DNA of 64,000 bases, from positions 13,525,675 through 13,589,674 of the forward strand of contig OZ037768.1 in assembly GCA_964035545.1 (NCBI GenBank), given 5' to 3'. The notes beneath the pieces were generated by a model. The model did not search any database and was not told where the DNA came from. It saw only the letters and a program-made list of their open reading frames with translations. The position numbers and the translations under genes are program-made. Below, in pieces: positions 63,410 to 64,000 of this stretch (position 1 is the first letter of the stretch; the number at the start of each line of letters is the position of its first letter). Source of the stretch: Bugula neritina. Its lineage: Eukaryota; Animalia; Bryozoa.

Positions 63410-63576
63410 TTTTGAAGTAATTGTTATGTAATTATAAAGTAATTGTGAAATTCAATTACATTAGCAATGTAATTAATTACAATTACATTTTTATACATCA
63501 ATTATAAATTAAATTCAATCACTTGAAAAAATGTAATTAATTACAACCAATTACAAATTACAATTACCCCAACCCT
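63410..63576. mobile_element. Right half of a hAT-type MITE with GTAATT/AATTAC subterminal motifs
   Basis: Reiterated gtaatt/aattac motifs ending in AATTACCCCAACCCTG (reverse complement CAGGGTTGGGGTAATT). No convincing left terminus. Confidence 0.55.
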
Positions 63577-63579
63577 GGT

Positions 63580-64000
63580 CGATAGTAATCGTATACTTAT
63601 ACTTATAGCTAGTGCTACTGTTAGAAACCATTAGGCATTACAGTTGATAAAAAGTAAAAACAATACTGAATACTGTTACAAGTACAACTACTGCAGTGCC
63701 ATCGGCATTAGCCAATATGCAATAGTATTCACCAATAGTAATACTTACGTTTAATAATATAGGAGTTATAAAGTTCAAATATGAGTATAACTATAAGTAT
63801 AACTTATAGTGTAAGTATAACTGTATAAGTATAACTATTACTATAAGAGTATAACTATAAGACTAAGTTATAAGTAGTAAGTATAAGTATTAAATAGTAA
63901 ATTACTATTAGTATTTTTATTAGACCAACAAGTAATAGTCATAGTTTATGATTATGATGTTATTCATATTGTTAAAATTAATGTTGAGATTTAGATTTAC
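63580..64000. repeat. Hexamer-periodic low-complexity tract in CCT6 intron 1
   Basis: Runs based on (agtata), (actata) and (aatact), e.g. gagtataactataagtataacttatagtgtaagtataactgtataagtataacta. Confidence 0.75.

Overview
AT-rich, intron-dense eukaryotic DNA, most likely an invertebrate metazoan (inferred from gene content and an invertebrate-type NCoR). I assembled six spliced genes by hand: the first coding exon of probable MCM8 (-, runs off the left edge), a TEX47-like gene (+), RPL38 (-), MKS1 (-), a ~25 kb nuclear receptor corepressor NCoR/SMRT gene (+), and CCT6 (-, exon 1 beyond the right edge). Between NCoR and CCT6 lies ~8 kb of unidentified, probably degenerate gene-like sequence. 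Repeats include a decayed CR1/L2-group LINE missing its RT core, two copies of one hAT-type MITE, other MITE ends, a likely tRNA-derived SINE, and micro/minisatellites in NCoR introns. I found no CRISPR array, prokaryotic defence system, rRNA or intact tRNA. The most unusual signals are: long drifting hexamer-periodic tracts near gene 5' ends; a 9-bp array that tandemly copies an NCoR splice donor in frame; a Cys-rich module between the NCoR SANT domains; a degenerate BLUF-like signature in TEX47; and a possible spliced non-coding transcript upstream of RPL38. All homology calls come from remembered motifs, not database searches, and exon coordinates were read by eye.
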